From an uncultured Lachnospiraceae bacterium (GTDB taxonomy: Bacteria > Bacillota > Clostridia > Lachnospirales > Lachnospiraceae), in the NCBI GenBank assembly GCA_902782975.1, contig CACZPF010000185.1, positions 1 to 37,325 of the forward strand: a DNA stretch of 37,325 bases, in the 5' to 3' direction. This document shows, piece by piece, positions 9,480 through 18,041 of this stretch. Below the pieces are notes generated by a model, which saw nothing but the letters and a program-made list of their open reading frames with translations, was not told where the DNA came from and made no database searches. The position numbers and the translations under genes were made by a program. The number at the start of each line of letters is the position of its first letter. Positions within the stretch are counted from its first letter, which is position 1.

Positions 9480-9938
9480 CTATTCCAGTACAATTTTCTG
9501 TATGGATAATTTCCCGTCTGACACTTCCATGACTGCCATGGTTACATCTTCCCCATAACGACTGCGTCCGCAGCTTCCGGGGTTCAGCCATAGACGCCCT
9601 TCCCGCCATTCTTCCCAGTAACGGTGCGTGTGGCCGAAAATGACCACATCCGCATCTTTGTAATCCTGTGAAGAAACATTCCATATCTCATGTGTAAGTA
9701 CAAAACGTACATTCTCTATCTTAAAATGAAGTATTTTCCGAAGACCTTCTGCCCATTCATCGGTATCACAGTTTCCTCTGACCACATACAGATTTCCAAG
9801 TATTCTCATAGGATCCAGGAGGTTTTCTCTCGTAATATCTCCTGCATGAATGATATGACTGCAGCTTTTCAGCACCTGAAGTACCTCCGGACGAAGAAGG
9901 CCATGTGTATCTGAAATGATTCCGATTCTGACCGTCAT
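9480..9938 (-). CDS. YfcE/MJ0936-family metallophosphoesterase
   Basis: ISDTHG, HAGD, VRGNCD, FGHTH, LNPGS motifs; start ATG 9938 behind GGGAGG. Confidence 0.9.
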   Translation of the reverse strand: MTVRIGIISDTHGLLRPEVLQVLKSCSHIIHAGDITRENLLDPMRILGNLYVVRGNCDTDEWAEGLRKILHFKIENVRFVLTHEIWNVSSQDYKDADVVIFGHTHRYWEEWREGRLWLNPGSCGRSRYGEDVTMAVMEVSDGKLSIQKIVLE

Positions 9939-10076
9939 TGGGTCATCCTCCCCCCTGTTCACTCTTACAAGCCATCTCTATACAAGGAAAATCAAAGTAT
10001 TATTATTCTTATACGCTATCCCGCCTGACCGTTCCCAGCATATAAAACTATATTCCACACCTCTTCAATGTGATTT

Positions 10077-10131
10077 GTCTTTATGCGTTCAGTCTTTATG
10101 TGATCAGTCTTTATGTGATCAGCGTTTATGT
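10077..10131. repeat. 15-bp tandem repeat (about 3.6 copies) spanning the HD-gene stop codon
   Basis: gtctttatgcgttca / gtctttatgtgatca / gtctttatgtgatca / gcgtttatgt. Confidence 0.8.
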
Positions 10132-10973
10132 TTTTCTGCAAATTCCTTATTAAGCTGCTCTACCAGATAAGAAAACTGACTGCGTGTTTCTGCATCCTTC
10201 CAGGGAACCCGGAAAGCCATCTTGGAGAGGTAATTTTCTTCCAGGATAATGTCCCGTGTTGCCTGAAAATAAGTATCGTAATACTGGGCAATATAAGAAA
10301 CCCAATAATCCGCCGGGGTGACTCTGTCTTCCGAACGTACTGACTGCCTGTGCAGGCAATAGTCCCATACCTTTGGAGTAATGGTTGTTTTCCCAACCTC
10401 TTCTTCTGTAAGCGATAGAAGCGTATCCATAGATTCGACGATCTTTACCCGGCAGTTATCCAGCTTGTCTGCATCTCGAATCAGCTGGGCGTGAAGAAGA
10501 ATCCTTTCATCCTCAATATCCGGCAGGGCAAGACCACTGTGAAAGAGAATAGCAATACGAATGATTTCATCGTACCGGCTGGTCTCTATAAAACGACGGA
10601 TGATTCCAGTATTTCCATCATTTCGGCAATTCCCGGCATTCTCAACACTCCCGGTTCTCCCAAACAGAAGCTCTGCTCCAAAAGCAGCATGGTCCATGGT
10701 ATTAGGCCGGAAGCTGTCATAAAGCCTGATCTGTTCGAACCTCCCGATATCATGTAAAAGTGCTGTGACGCGTGCAATATCTATATCTTCCGATGAAAGG
10801 CCTGTGCGCCCGGCAATTGCCTCCGCACAGGCCACCACCCCGTAGGTGTGAATAATTTTCAGTTTTACTTTGTCATCTTCCCGGTCGAACTGATCGACAT
10901 ATTCTTCAAACGCTGCCCGGGCCTTATCAAAATCCAGTTGATTCATATATATTTTCCTATCATTGCGGTCCAT
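10119..10973 (-). CDS. HD-domain metal-dependent phosphohydrolase
   Basis: LKIIHTYGV, ALLHDIGRFEQ, DHA, IRDADKLD motifs. Confidence 0.88.
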   Translation of the reverse strand: MDRNDRKIYMNQLDFDKARAAFEEYVDQFDREDDKVKLKIIHTYGVVACAEAIAGRTGLSSEDIDIARVTALLHDIGRFEQIRLYDSFRPNTMDHAAFGAELLFGRTGSVENAGNCRNDGNTGIIRRFIETSRYDEIIRIAILFHSGLALPDIEDERILLHAQLIRDADKLDNCRVKIVESMDTLLSLTEEEVGKTTITPKVWDYCLHRQSVRSEDRVTPADYWVSYIAQYYDTYFQATRDIILEENYLSKMAFRVPWKDAETRSQFSYLVEQLNKEFAEKHKR

Positions 10974-11042
10974 GTTTTACTCCGTGATAATTTTCCTGGA
11001 GCAGTCCGCTGCAAAGCGGAGTATTTCGCATGCATAAAGGTA

Positions 11043-11125
11043 TGCATCTTCAGCTGCATCTTGAGCTGCATCTTCAGCAGTGTCCTGAACTGTGTCTTAG
11101 GTATGCATCTTCAGCTGCAGTCTTA
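11043..11125. repeat. Degenerate 12-bp tandem repeat downstream of the thrC-like stop
   Basis: tgcatcttcagc / tgcatcttgagc / tgcatcttcagc / agtgtcctgaac / ... / tgcatcttcagc. Confidence 0.7.
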
Positions 11126-12355
11126 CAGTCTGTCCATTACCTGGAGAAGCTGATTCATCTCCGGGTCGATCGCCACTGGTTCTCCCGCTGCTTTCATGGC
11201 ATTCGGCGTATCCTTCAGCCCGTTTCCTGTCACAATACTGACCACAGAAGAATTTTCGGAGATCAGACCTGTCTCCAGAGCCTTCTTGACGCCCGCCGTT
11301 CCGGTGACGCCGGCCGGCTCGCCGAAAACGCCGCAGGTTCTGCCAAGAAGCTTTGCCGCATCCAGAATCTCCTGATCGGAGACATTAACTACCACACCCT
11401 TGGATTCCCGGATAGCCCGCAGGGCTTTCTCGGCATTTCGCGGAACACCTACCGCGATGGAATCTGCCAGGGTGTTTTCTTCCATGGGCTCCCATGGCCT
11501 GTTTTGCGCGATTGCCCGGTTAAGAGGGCAGCATCCCTCTGCCTGTACGCTGATCAATCTGGGCAGGCGGTCGATCATACCGGTTTCGTAGAGATCCTTA
11601 AATCCCTTCCATACGCCGGCGATCGTGCAGCCGTCTCCCACGGAAAGTGCCACATAATCGGTCATCTTCCATCCAAGCTGCTCCGCGATCTCAAGCGCAA
11701 CTGTCTTCTTTCCTTCCATCAAAAACGGATTGATTGCCGCATTCCGGTTGTACCATCCAAATTTTTCGATGGCCTGTTCCGACAGCTTAAAGGTATCCTC
11801 ATAGGTACTCTTTACACTCACCACATGCGCGCCGAAAATCATCAGCTGCGAAACTTTTCCCCTGGGAGCCCGGGAAGGCACGAAAATATAAGTCGGGAAT
11901 CCGGCGGCTGCGGCATTTCCCGCAAGAGAGGAAGCCGCATTTCCGGTAGATGAACAGGCGATGGTTTCGGCTCCTGCTTCCTCTGCCTTGACCACTGCCA
12001 TGGCAGAAGCTCTGTCCTTCAGACTGGCCGTAGGGTTCACGCCGTCATCCTTTATATACAGCTCCCGGATGCCTAGTGTTTCGGCCAGCCGGTCCGCTTT
12101 ATAAAATGGCGACCAACCGACTCTGAGTTTCGGTCTTTCTCCTTTACTGAGAACAGGAAGATACTCCATGTAACGCCACATGGACTGCTCCTGCCGCTGT
12201 GCCATGACTTTATGATCCACTTCTTTTCTGATTTCGGCATAATCGTACTGAATATCCAGAAGTCCCCCGCAGGACGGACAGACTGTGATGGAAGGCTCTG
12301 CTTCCCACTCTTTCCCACAGACAATGCATTTTGCACCTAAAACATGTTTCATCAT
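11123..12355 (-). CDS. thrC: Threonine synthase-like PLP enzyme (fold type II) with N-terminal zinc ribbon
   Basis: CIVC...CPSC, NPTASLKDR (Schiff-base Lys), SSTGN, EGKKT, VGDG, TGNGLKD. Family is clear; true substrate is uncertain. Confidence 0.75.
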   Translation of the reverse strand: MMKHVLGAKCIVCGKEWEAEPSITVCPSCGGLLDIQYDYAEIRKEVDHKVMAQRQEQSMWRYMEYLPVLSKGERPKLRVGWSPFYKADRLAETLGIRELYIKDDGVNPTASLKDRASAMAVVKAEEAGAETIACSSTGNAASSLAGNAAAAGFPTYIFVPSRAPRGKVSQLMIFGAHVVSVKSTYEDTFKLSEQAIEKFGWYNRNAAINPFLMEGKKTVALEIAEQLGWKMTDYVALSVGDGCTIAGVWKGFKDLYETGMIDRLPRLISVQAEGCCPLNRAIAQNRPWEPMEENTLADSIAVGVPRNAEKALRAIRESKGVVVNVSDQEILDAAKLLGRTCGVFGEPAGVTGTAGVKKALETGLISENSSVVSIVTGNGLKDTPNAMKAAGEPVAIDPEMNQLLQVMDRL

Positions 12356-12377
12356 AATGCTTTTCCTCTTATGACCA

Positions 12378-12404
12378 GACAGGGGAGAATAAATCTCCCC
12401 TGTC
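12378..12404. repeat. Intergenic hairpin related to the REP-like family
   Basis: GACAGGGGAGA-ataaa-TCTCCCCTGTC, perfect 11-bp stem sharing the GACAGGGGA core. Confidence 0.55.
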
Positions 12405-12439
12405 CCATTTCTAACTGTAAAGTATTTCTGGTTCTGATC

Positions 12440-13924
12440 TTACAGCTGTTTCAGCACGCCTGCTGCCTCGTTGAATTCGCTGATCAGCTCGTCCAGTTCC
12501 TTTGCCTGTGCATGCACTGCATCCCAGGTTCCCTCGGTATCATACCAGAGGGCGTTCAGCTCTTCGGCTGTCTTTCCCTGCTGCTCGACCCAGGTATAGT
12601 ATTTAAGATTGTGGACCCTCTTTCTCTCAACATAGGTCAGTTCCAGCATACTGTCTGTCTTGAGATTCAGAATGTGCAGGTTGTGATCCAGTTCTGCTGC
12701 CTGCTCTGTATAAGGTCCGTATTCCTCGTTCAGTTCCTCGATCCGGCTTCCGTACATGACTGCGGAGTCTGTGAGGACCGTGCCGACCACGTCTTTTCCG
12801 GTAAATTCGTAATATTTTGCCATCTTGATGCAGCAGAGAAGGTTTGCAATACCGGATATACCGAGCCATGTCAGCTTCTCGATAAGTTCATCATCCAGCT
12901 TCAGGACTTCTTTCAGATACTTCTGACCTTCCGGTGTATTGAAAAGACGCAGAAGTCTCTGGGAATCTTCGTCGTCGATGGCGATGGCCATATCCGTATT
13001 CTTTACATTATGGATCCACGGAATATGCTTGTCACCGATACCTTCTATCCTGTGGCCGCCGAACCCGTTGTTCAGAATCGTGGGACACTGGAGGGCTTCG
13101 CCCACGCCAAGTTTAAGCGCGGGATACAATTCTTTCAGCCGGTCGCCGGTAGACATGGTTCCTGCAGATCCGGAAGTAAAACATGCGCCGGCAAACCTGT
13201 CCCCGGGACGACGGATCGCTTCAAAAACATCCGCCAGTGCGCTGCCTGTCACATTGTAGTGCCAGAGAGGATTGCCCATCTCTTCAAACTGGTTAAAGAT
13301 CATATAGCCCGGATCCTGCTTCAGCTCATTGGTCTTGTCAAAAATCTCCTTTACATTGGATTCACAGCCGGGTGTGGCAATGACCTCTGCCCCGATGGAA
13401 TGAAGCCAGTCAAACCGCTCTTTACTCATTTCCGCCGGAAGAATTGCTACTCCCTGCGCTCCCAGCAGGCGGGAATTAAATGCGCCGCCCCGGCAGTAAT
13501 TGCCCGTCGAAGGCCAGACTGCTTTATGTTTTTCCACATCAAACTGCCCTGTTACCAGCCTCGGAGCAAGACATCCAAAGGAAGCTCCCACTTTATGACA
13601 GCCTGTCGGGAACCATTTGCCGACCATAGCGATGATACGGCAGGGAACCCCGGTGAGTTCGGAGGGGAATTCAATATAATTAGGAACTTTCTGGAAAAGT
13701 CCGCCCATTTCCTTCGGCTCATTTTTCCAGGTGATACGGAACAGATTCAGAGGATTTACATCCCACAGGCCGACGCCTTTTAATTTTTCCTGCACTTTTT
13801 CCGGGATCGTCTCCGGATGCTGCATTTCATGAATCGTGGGAATAATTATACCATTTTCCTTTGCTTTGGCGAGATTATGTTTAAGGCCTTCTTCATTTTT
13901 CGTAAGATCGATCATTGGTTTCAT
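12440..13924 (-). CDS. PLP-dependent enzyme, fold type II (cysteine-synthase-like), substrate unknown
   Basis: FPTGCHKVGA, PSTGN, NQF, GSAGT, HRIEGIG, GISG motifs. Confidence 0.82.
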   Translation of the reverse strand: MKPMIDLTKNEEGLKHNLAKAKENGIIIPTIHEMQHPETIPEKVQEKLKGVGLWDVNPLNLFRITWKNEPKEMGGLFQKVPNYIEFPSELTGVPCRIIAMVGKWFPTGCHKVGASFGCLAPRLVTGQFDVEKHKAVWPSTGNYCRGGAFNSRLLGAQGVAILPAEMSKERFDWLHSIGAEVIATPGCESNVKEIFDKTNELKQDPGYMIFNQFEEMGNPLWHYNVTGSALADVFEAIRRPGDRFAGACFTSGSAGTMSTGDRLKELYPALKLGVGEALQCPTILNNGFGGHRIEGIGDKHIPWIHNVKNTDMAIAIDDEDSQRLLRLFNTPEGQKYLKEVLKLDDELIEKLTWLGISGIANLLCCIKMAKYYEFTGKDVVGTVLTDSAVMYGSRIEELNEEYGPYTEQAAELDHNLHILNLKTDSMLELTYVERKRVHNLKYYTWVEQQGKTAEELNALWYDTEGTWDAVHAQAKELDELISEFNEAAGVLKQL

Positions 13925-14206
13925 CTCCTCTTATTAAAAAATTTTCAGTCAGGTGCGAAACGCCCTGTGTCAGCTTAACCATTTGAAAATATGTCCGTTT
14001 TTCACTGCCATCTCAACATTCACTAAAAATTATAACTTTTGGCCTCATGAATGTCAATCAAGAGCAGGGAAGTTTGGAACTACGTTTAAAATCTGCCAAA
14101 ATGTGTACAGAAAGTTCCGCAGCTGCCTGACAGGAATATCTGGAAAACGAAGTGGAAATGTGCTATGTTAGCAATAAGTATTTAAGATTTATAAGAGGGG
14201 GACATT

Positions 14207-14854
14207 ATGACAAAAAAAGAACTGGCGCTTGAAGTCATCGAACGTTTAAAGAAGGCATATCCGGATGCGGACTGTACGTTGGATTATGATGAAGCCTGGA
14301 AGCTTCTCGTGAGTGTCCGGCTCGCTGCCCAATGTACGGATGCCCGGGTCAATGTTGTGGTACAGGATCTGTACGCCAGATATCCGGATGTCAATGCTCT
14401 TGCCGGAGCTTCTCCCGAGGAAATAGAATCTGTCGTACATCCCTGCGGGCTCGGGAAAAGCAAAGCCCGGGATATCAGCGCCTGTATGCGCATACTCAGA
14501 GATCAGTACGGCGGGAAAGTTCCGGATGATTTTGATGCCCTTCTGTCACTCCCGGGTGTCGGGCGGAAAAGTGCAAACCTGATCATGGGCGATGTATTCG
14601 GAAAACCCGCCATTGTCACAGATACGCACTGTATCCGTCTCTGCAACCGGATCGGTCTTGTCGACCATATCAAAGAACCTAAAAAGGTAGAAATGGCTCT
14701 CTGGAAGATCGTTCCTCCTGAAGAAGGAAATGCTCTCTGCCACCGTTTTGTAGAGCATGGCAGAGCTGTCTGTTCCGCCCGTACCAGACCCTGGTGCAGT
14801 ATCTGCTGCCTTGCCGATATATGTGCCAGAACAGATGTAACAGAAAGTCAATAA
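14207..14854 (+). CDS. nth: Endonuclease III
   Basis: LAAQCTDARVN, HhH LPGVGRKSAN, TDTH, C-X7-C-X2-C-X5-C Fe-S cluster motif. Confidence 0.95.
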   Translation: MTKKELALEVIERLKKAYPDADCTLDYDEAWKLLVSVRLAAQCTDARVNVVVQDLYARYPDVNALAGASPEEIESVVHPCGLGKSKARDISACMRILRDQYGGKVPDDFDALLSLPGVGRKSANLIMGDVFGKPAIVTDTHCIRLCNRIGLVDHIKEPKKVEMALWKIVPPEEGNALCHRFVEHGRAVCSARTRPWCSICCLADICARTDVTESQ

Positions 14855-14918
14855 GTTTTCGCTGGATCGCTTTTTACAAGTTGCTTTTTTCCAGCTGCTT
14901 TTATGAACGGAGGTTTTT

Positions 14919-15197
14919 ATGAAGTTTGTTTATCCTGCTGTATTTTATCAAAACAAAGATGATCAATATATCGGTTATTTTCCGGATCTTGAAGACTGCC
15001 GGGTTTCGGCCTCTTCCTTTGATGAATGTCTTGATAAGGCCAGGGAGGCGGCTGAAGACTGGATCCTGCTGGAGCTGTCCGAGGATGAACCTCTGCTGCC
15101 GCCGGTATCCGACCCCGGCGATATCACGCTTCCGTTTAACGGTGTTGTAAGAAATATTGCCGTCATTGTACGGTTCAATACAGGCTGGGATGAGTAG
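14919..15197 (+). CDS. HicB-like antitoxin-domain protein, no adjacent HicA
   Basis: YPAVF...YFPDLEDC......ECLDKAREA...LPPVSD; GGAGG RBS. Confidence 0.8.
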   Translation: MKFVYPAVFYQNKDDQYIGYFPDLEDCRVSASSFDECLDKAREAAEDWILLELSEDEPLLPPVSDPGDITLPFNGVVRNIAVIVRFNTGWDE

Positions 15198-15247
15198 GCC
15201 GCATCTGCCGCTGGCTATAGATACGGAACATCCGGTGTACGACCAAA

Positions 15248-15284
15248 TATCGGGCAGAGGAAAATCACATTCCTCTGCCCGATA
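15248..15284. terminator. Hairpin between convergent genes; probable terminator closing the 12-gene cluster
   Basis: TATCGGGCAGAGGAA-aatcaca-TTCCTCTGCCCGATA, perfect 15-bp stem 1 nt from the stop of 15286..16746. Confidence 0.75.
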
Positions 15285-15285
15285 C

Positions 15286-16746
15286 TTAATTAAACGGCAG
15301 CTCATCTTCTTCAGGGAAATCGAATTCCGGCCATTCTTCACCATTGATTCCATTCGCAAGCCAGCCTTCACCACGGGTTCCATTCCCCGGCAAGCCTTCC
15401 AGGTGGATCCTCTGGCCAGGCAATCCTCCGTGAAAGATATTCAGAAGGTTCAAATCCCCCTCCGGATCTTCTTCATAGTCCAGATGGGCTGCGGGGCAAT
15501 ATACCTCCTCCAGCCAGTTTTTTTCTTTTTCTGTAAGCCGGCGGTTGCACCGGCCATAGGCCTGCAGCAGTTCACTGCCTGAAATTTCCATAGTTATATA
15601 GGATCTGTACGGATCCTTGCGCTTTCGCCAGAAACAGATGATCGTATCGCCGGAGACTACCTCGGAAATATAACTGATCAGGCAGTTTTTCTGTTCATTT
15701 GCTTCTTTTATTATATCTTCCAATGATCGTGGAAGAATGACCAGATTTTCTGCATCCTCATAGCACACATGGTTGTTTCGCGTGTATTGCTGTCGAAGGT
15801 TGTAATTATACTTTTCTCGGTTTCCCAGAATCTGGTACAGTTCCTCCGCCTGATGGATGTGCGTAAGCATATCGTCCACAGACCAGACTGCCGCTGGAAA
15901 AACCATGGACCCGCCCAGTTCTTCCTTCAGTTTTTTTCTGAGTTTCAGATAATCCAGATATTCATAAAAGAGTTCCATTTCGTCGAACATTTCCACAAAG
16001 CGGAAGCTTTTGCTGTTCCATTCCAGCTGCTCTTCCATGCAAAACCTCAGATATTCATACCGTTTTTCTGTTAATGGCAGGTTATTCTTCAGGATATGGC
16101 TGAATCTTCTGTAGACAGCGAGGACTTCCTGCCGTTTTTCTCCGGTCAGAAGAAGATCCTTTCCCCAGGAATTGTTCAGCATCCTGAGAAGGCGGATGGG
16201 GAGTCCTCCCATAAGGCCGGTCGGAGAAGATGCGACCAGATCATATTCATCCATCTTGTGAAGTGTTTCCCCCATATAGTCGAGATTTGCCTTGTAAAGG
16301 ATCTCCATAGGACCTGATCTCCAGGTAGCAAAATACACGTGAAGCAGCAGATGTTCCGGATGATTATTGTATTCCGGCAGATGAATTTCCGGGAAACAGC
16401 TGCCGCACCGCTTTCCGGTTTCTGCAATATCTTCTGGATCTATGGTCACATCTGTTCTTTCGCAGATCGAGAGGAACAGATCTTCTGATTTTTCGTCCAG
16501 CTGTTTTCCCGGCTCCAGAATAATACGCTGTACCCAGTCATATTGTGTCAGATCCCAGAAATATAATTCAAGGATCAGATGTCCTTCCTCTTCAAAAGGC
16601 TTAATAAACAAACGGGGCTTTCCCATGTTCTGAAACCAGATGCTGCACATGGACCACAGCTCTGCCTTTGAAGGCATCCGGAAATCCTCCTGGCATACCT
16701 CCGGCGCTGAAAACATGGATCGTTCTATTTTCCTGTTGATATTCAT
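15286..16746 (-). CDS. PcfJ-like domain protein
   Basis: C-terminal ILPRSLEDIIKEANEQKNCLISY...ICFWRK..DPYRSYITMEI...QAYGRCN matches the PcfJ pattern; GGGGGAG RBS; acidic tail ending EEDELPFN. Confidence 0.72.
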   Translation of the reverse strand: MNINRKIERSMFSAPEVCQEDFRMPSKAELWSMCSIWFQNMGKPRLFIKPFEEEGHLILELYFWDLTQYDWVQRIILEPGKQLDEKSEDLFLSICERTDVTIDPEDIAETGKRCGSCFPEIHLPEYNNHPEHLLLHVYFATWRSGPMEILYKANLDYMGETLHKMDEYDLVASSPTGLMGGLPIRLLRMLNNSWGKDLLLTGEKRQEVLAVYRRFSHILKNNLPLTEKRYEYLRFCMEEQLEWNSKSFRFVEMFDEMELFYEYLDYLKLRKKLKEELGGSMVFPAAVWSVDDMLTHIHQAEELYQILGNREKYNYNLRQQYTRNNHVCYEDAENLVILPRSLEDIIKEANEQKNCLISYISEVVSGDTIICFWRKRKDPYRSYITMEISGSELLQAYGRCNRRLTEKEKNWLEEVYCPAAHLDYEEDPEGDLNLLNIFHGGLPGQRIHLEGLPGNGTRGEGWLANGINGEEWPEFDFPEEDELPFN

Positions 16747-16792
16747 AAACTCCCCCTTTCACCGCAGCAGCCTGATCATAAACATTCCCTGG

Positions 16793-18019
16793 TCACCTTT
16801 CCCGCTCCTGCTCTGGCAGATCCTTCAGATACAGAACCTTTCCCCAGGGCGGTTCCTGATCTGGCCGCCTGGTAAGGATCCACAGGACCGGTATTCCTTT
16901 TGCCTTTTCTTCCTCAGGATATGGGGCAAGACCATCGGTCATGATAATGACAGCTGCCGGTTCCCGGGCAGACTCGTTTTGCGTCCCCTCTGTTCTTCTG
17001 TGGATCTCATCAAAAACCGCATGAAAACTTGTCCCGCCCATGGCAGGCGGCTTTACTTTGGTCAGTTCGTCTATATCGCCGAATTTCTCAGGCTCTCTTA
17101 CCCATGTATCAAAGAAAAATAAAAGGCCTCTCACCTTCTCTATCTGAAGCAGAAGCGATTTAAGTTCCGTCAGTACCATCCGTACATCCTGGCTGCTCAT
17201 GGAACCTGATGTATCTACAAAGAACCACAGATCAGAGATCTCCTCCTCCGGTTCTTCGGAAATATCCGGCAGAACAAAATCCAGATAGGAATATCTCTTT
17301 GCGCCGGGAGAGAAGGTGTAGCGCCATTCCATAAACTGGTCCGTGACGAATTCCTTAAGAATTTCTCTCCAGGGAAGCCGTCCTTTATCTCCCAGTGCTT
17401 TCAGATGCCGGAAGACCCCTGAAGGGGCAGGTATGTCAGAGCATCCCTTCGCAGCCTGAAAAGTATCGTAATTCCATTGATCCTGCAGAGTGGTCCCCTC
17501 TTCTATCTCGCCCCATTGATCATGACGGTCGACCATGGAACCGGCGATTCCATTTCCGGGTTCCGGCTGCTGTTCTATCTTATCTGTCAGCATATGGTAG
17601 ATGGTTTCTGCATCATAGAGGCTTCCTTCTTTTCCGTCCGGTGCCAGATGCATGACTTCCACTTGATCCACCTCAAAAGAAGATCTGCCCATCGATTCCA
17701 GAATCAGGCTGTTTACAACCATGTCGCAGGCGATATTATATAAAAGAGGAATAAAGGTCCTGCCGCGCACACAGTGATTGAGTGAACAGTGCAGAACCTC
17801 ATGCATCAGGACGAAGATCAGTTCTTCGTCCGTAAGCCTTCCGGCGAAAGCAGGATCAAAGACGATCTGGCGCATATCGGTATATGCTGTTTCACATTCT
17901 GCCAGTCCAAAAGAGAGCCGCATCAGCAGTCTTCCGTAAAAGGGGTATTCCTGCAGGATCCTGTTGCGCGCCAGTGTAAGCCTCCCTGCCATTTTTCTCT
18001 TATCTTCCTGTGTGATCAT
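16793..18019 (-). CDS. HExxH putative metallopeptidase fused to a vWA-like domain (DUF2201 type)
   Basis: PFYG.LL, TAYTD, LMHEVLH, NIACD..VN; vWA MIDAS VDTSGSM, FFDT, GGTSF, MTDG. Start set at ATG 18019, after the AAA gene stop. Confidence 0.85.
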   Translation of the reverse strand: MITQEDKRKMAGRLTLARNRILQEYPFYGRLLMRLSFGLAECETAYTDMRQIVFDPAFAGRLTDEELIFVLMHEVLHCSLNHCVRGRTFIPLLYNIACDMVVNSLILESMGRSSFEVDQVEVMHLAPDGKEGSLYDAETIYHMLTDKIEQQPEPGNGIAGSMVDRHDQWGEIEEGTTLQDQWNYDTFQAAKGCSDIPAPSGVFRHLKALGDKGRLPWREILKEFVTDQFMEWRYTFSPGAKRYSYLDFVLPDISEEPEEEISDLWFFVDTSGSMSSQDVRMVLTELKSLLLQIEKVRGLLFFFDTWVREPEKFGDIDELTKVKPPAMGGTSFHAVFDEIHRRTEGTQNESAREPAAVIIMTDGLAPYPEEEKAKGIPVLWILTRRPDQEPPWGKVLYLKDLPEQERER

Positions 18020-18041
18020 ATTCCTGTTTCTCCGTTCATCA

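Noticed and set aside
12344-13783. 479-aa plus-strand ORF, plus other long shadow ORFs (6809-7723, 20207-21199, 30880-31845, 33535-34773)
   Set aside because: They lie antisense to well-supported genes and show no recognisable motifs.
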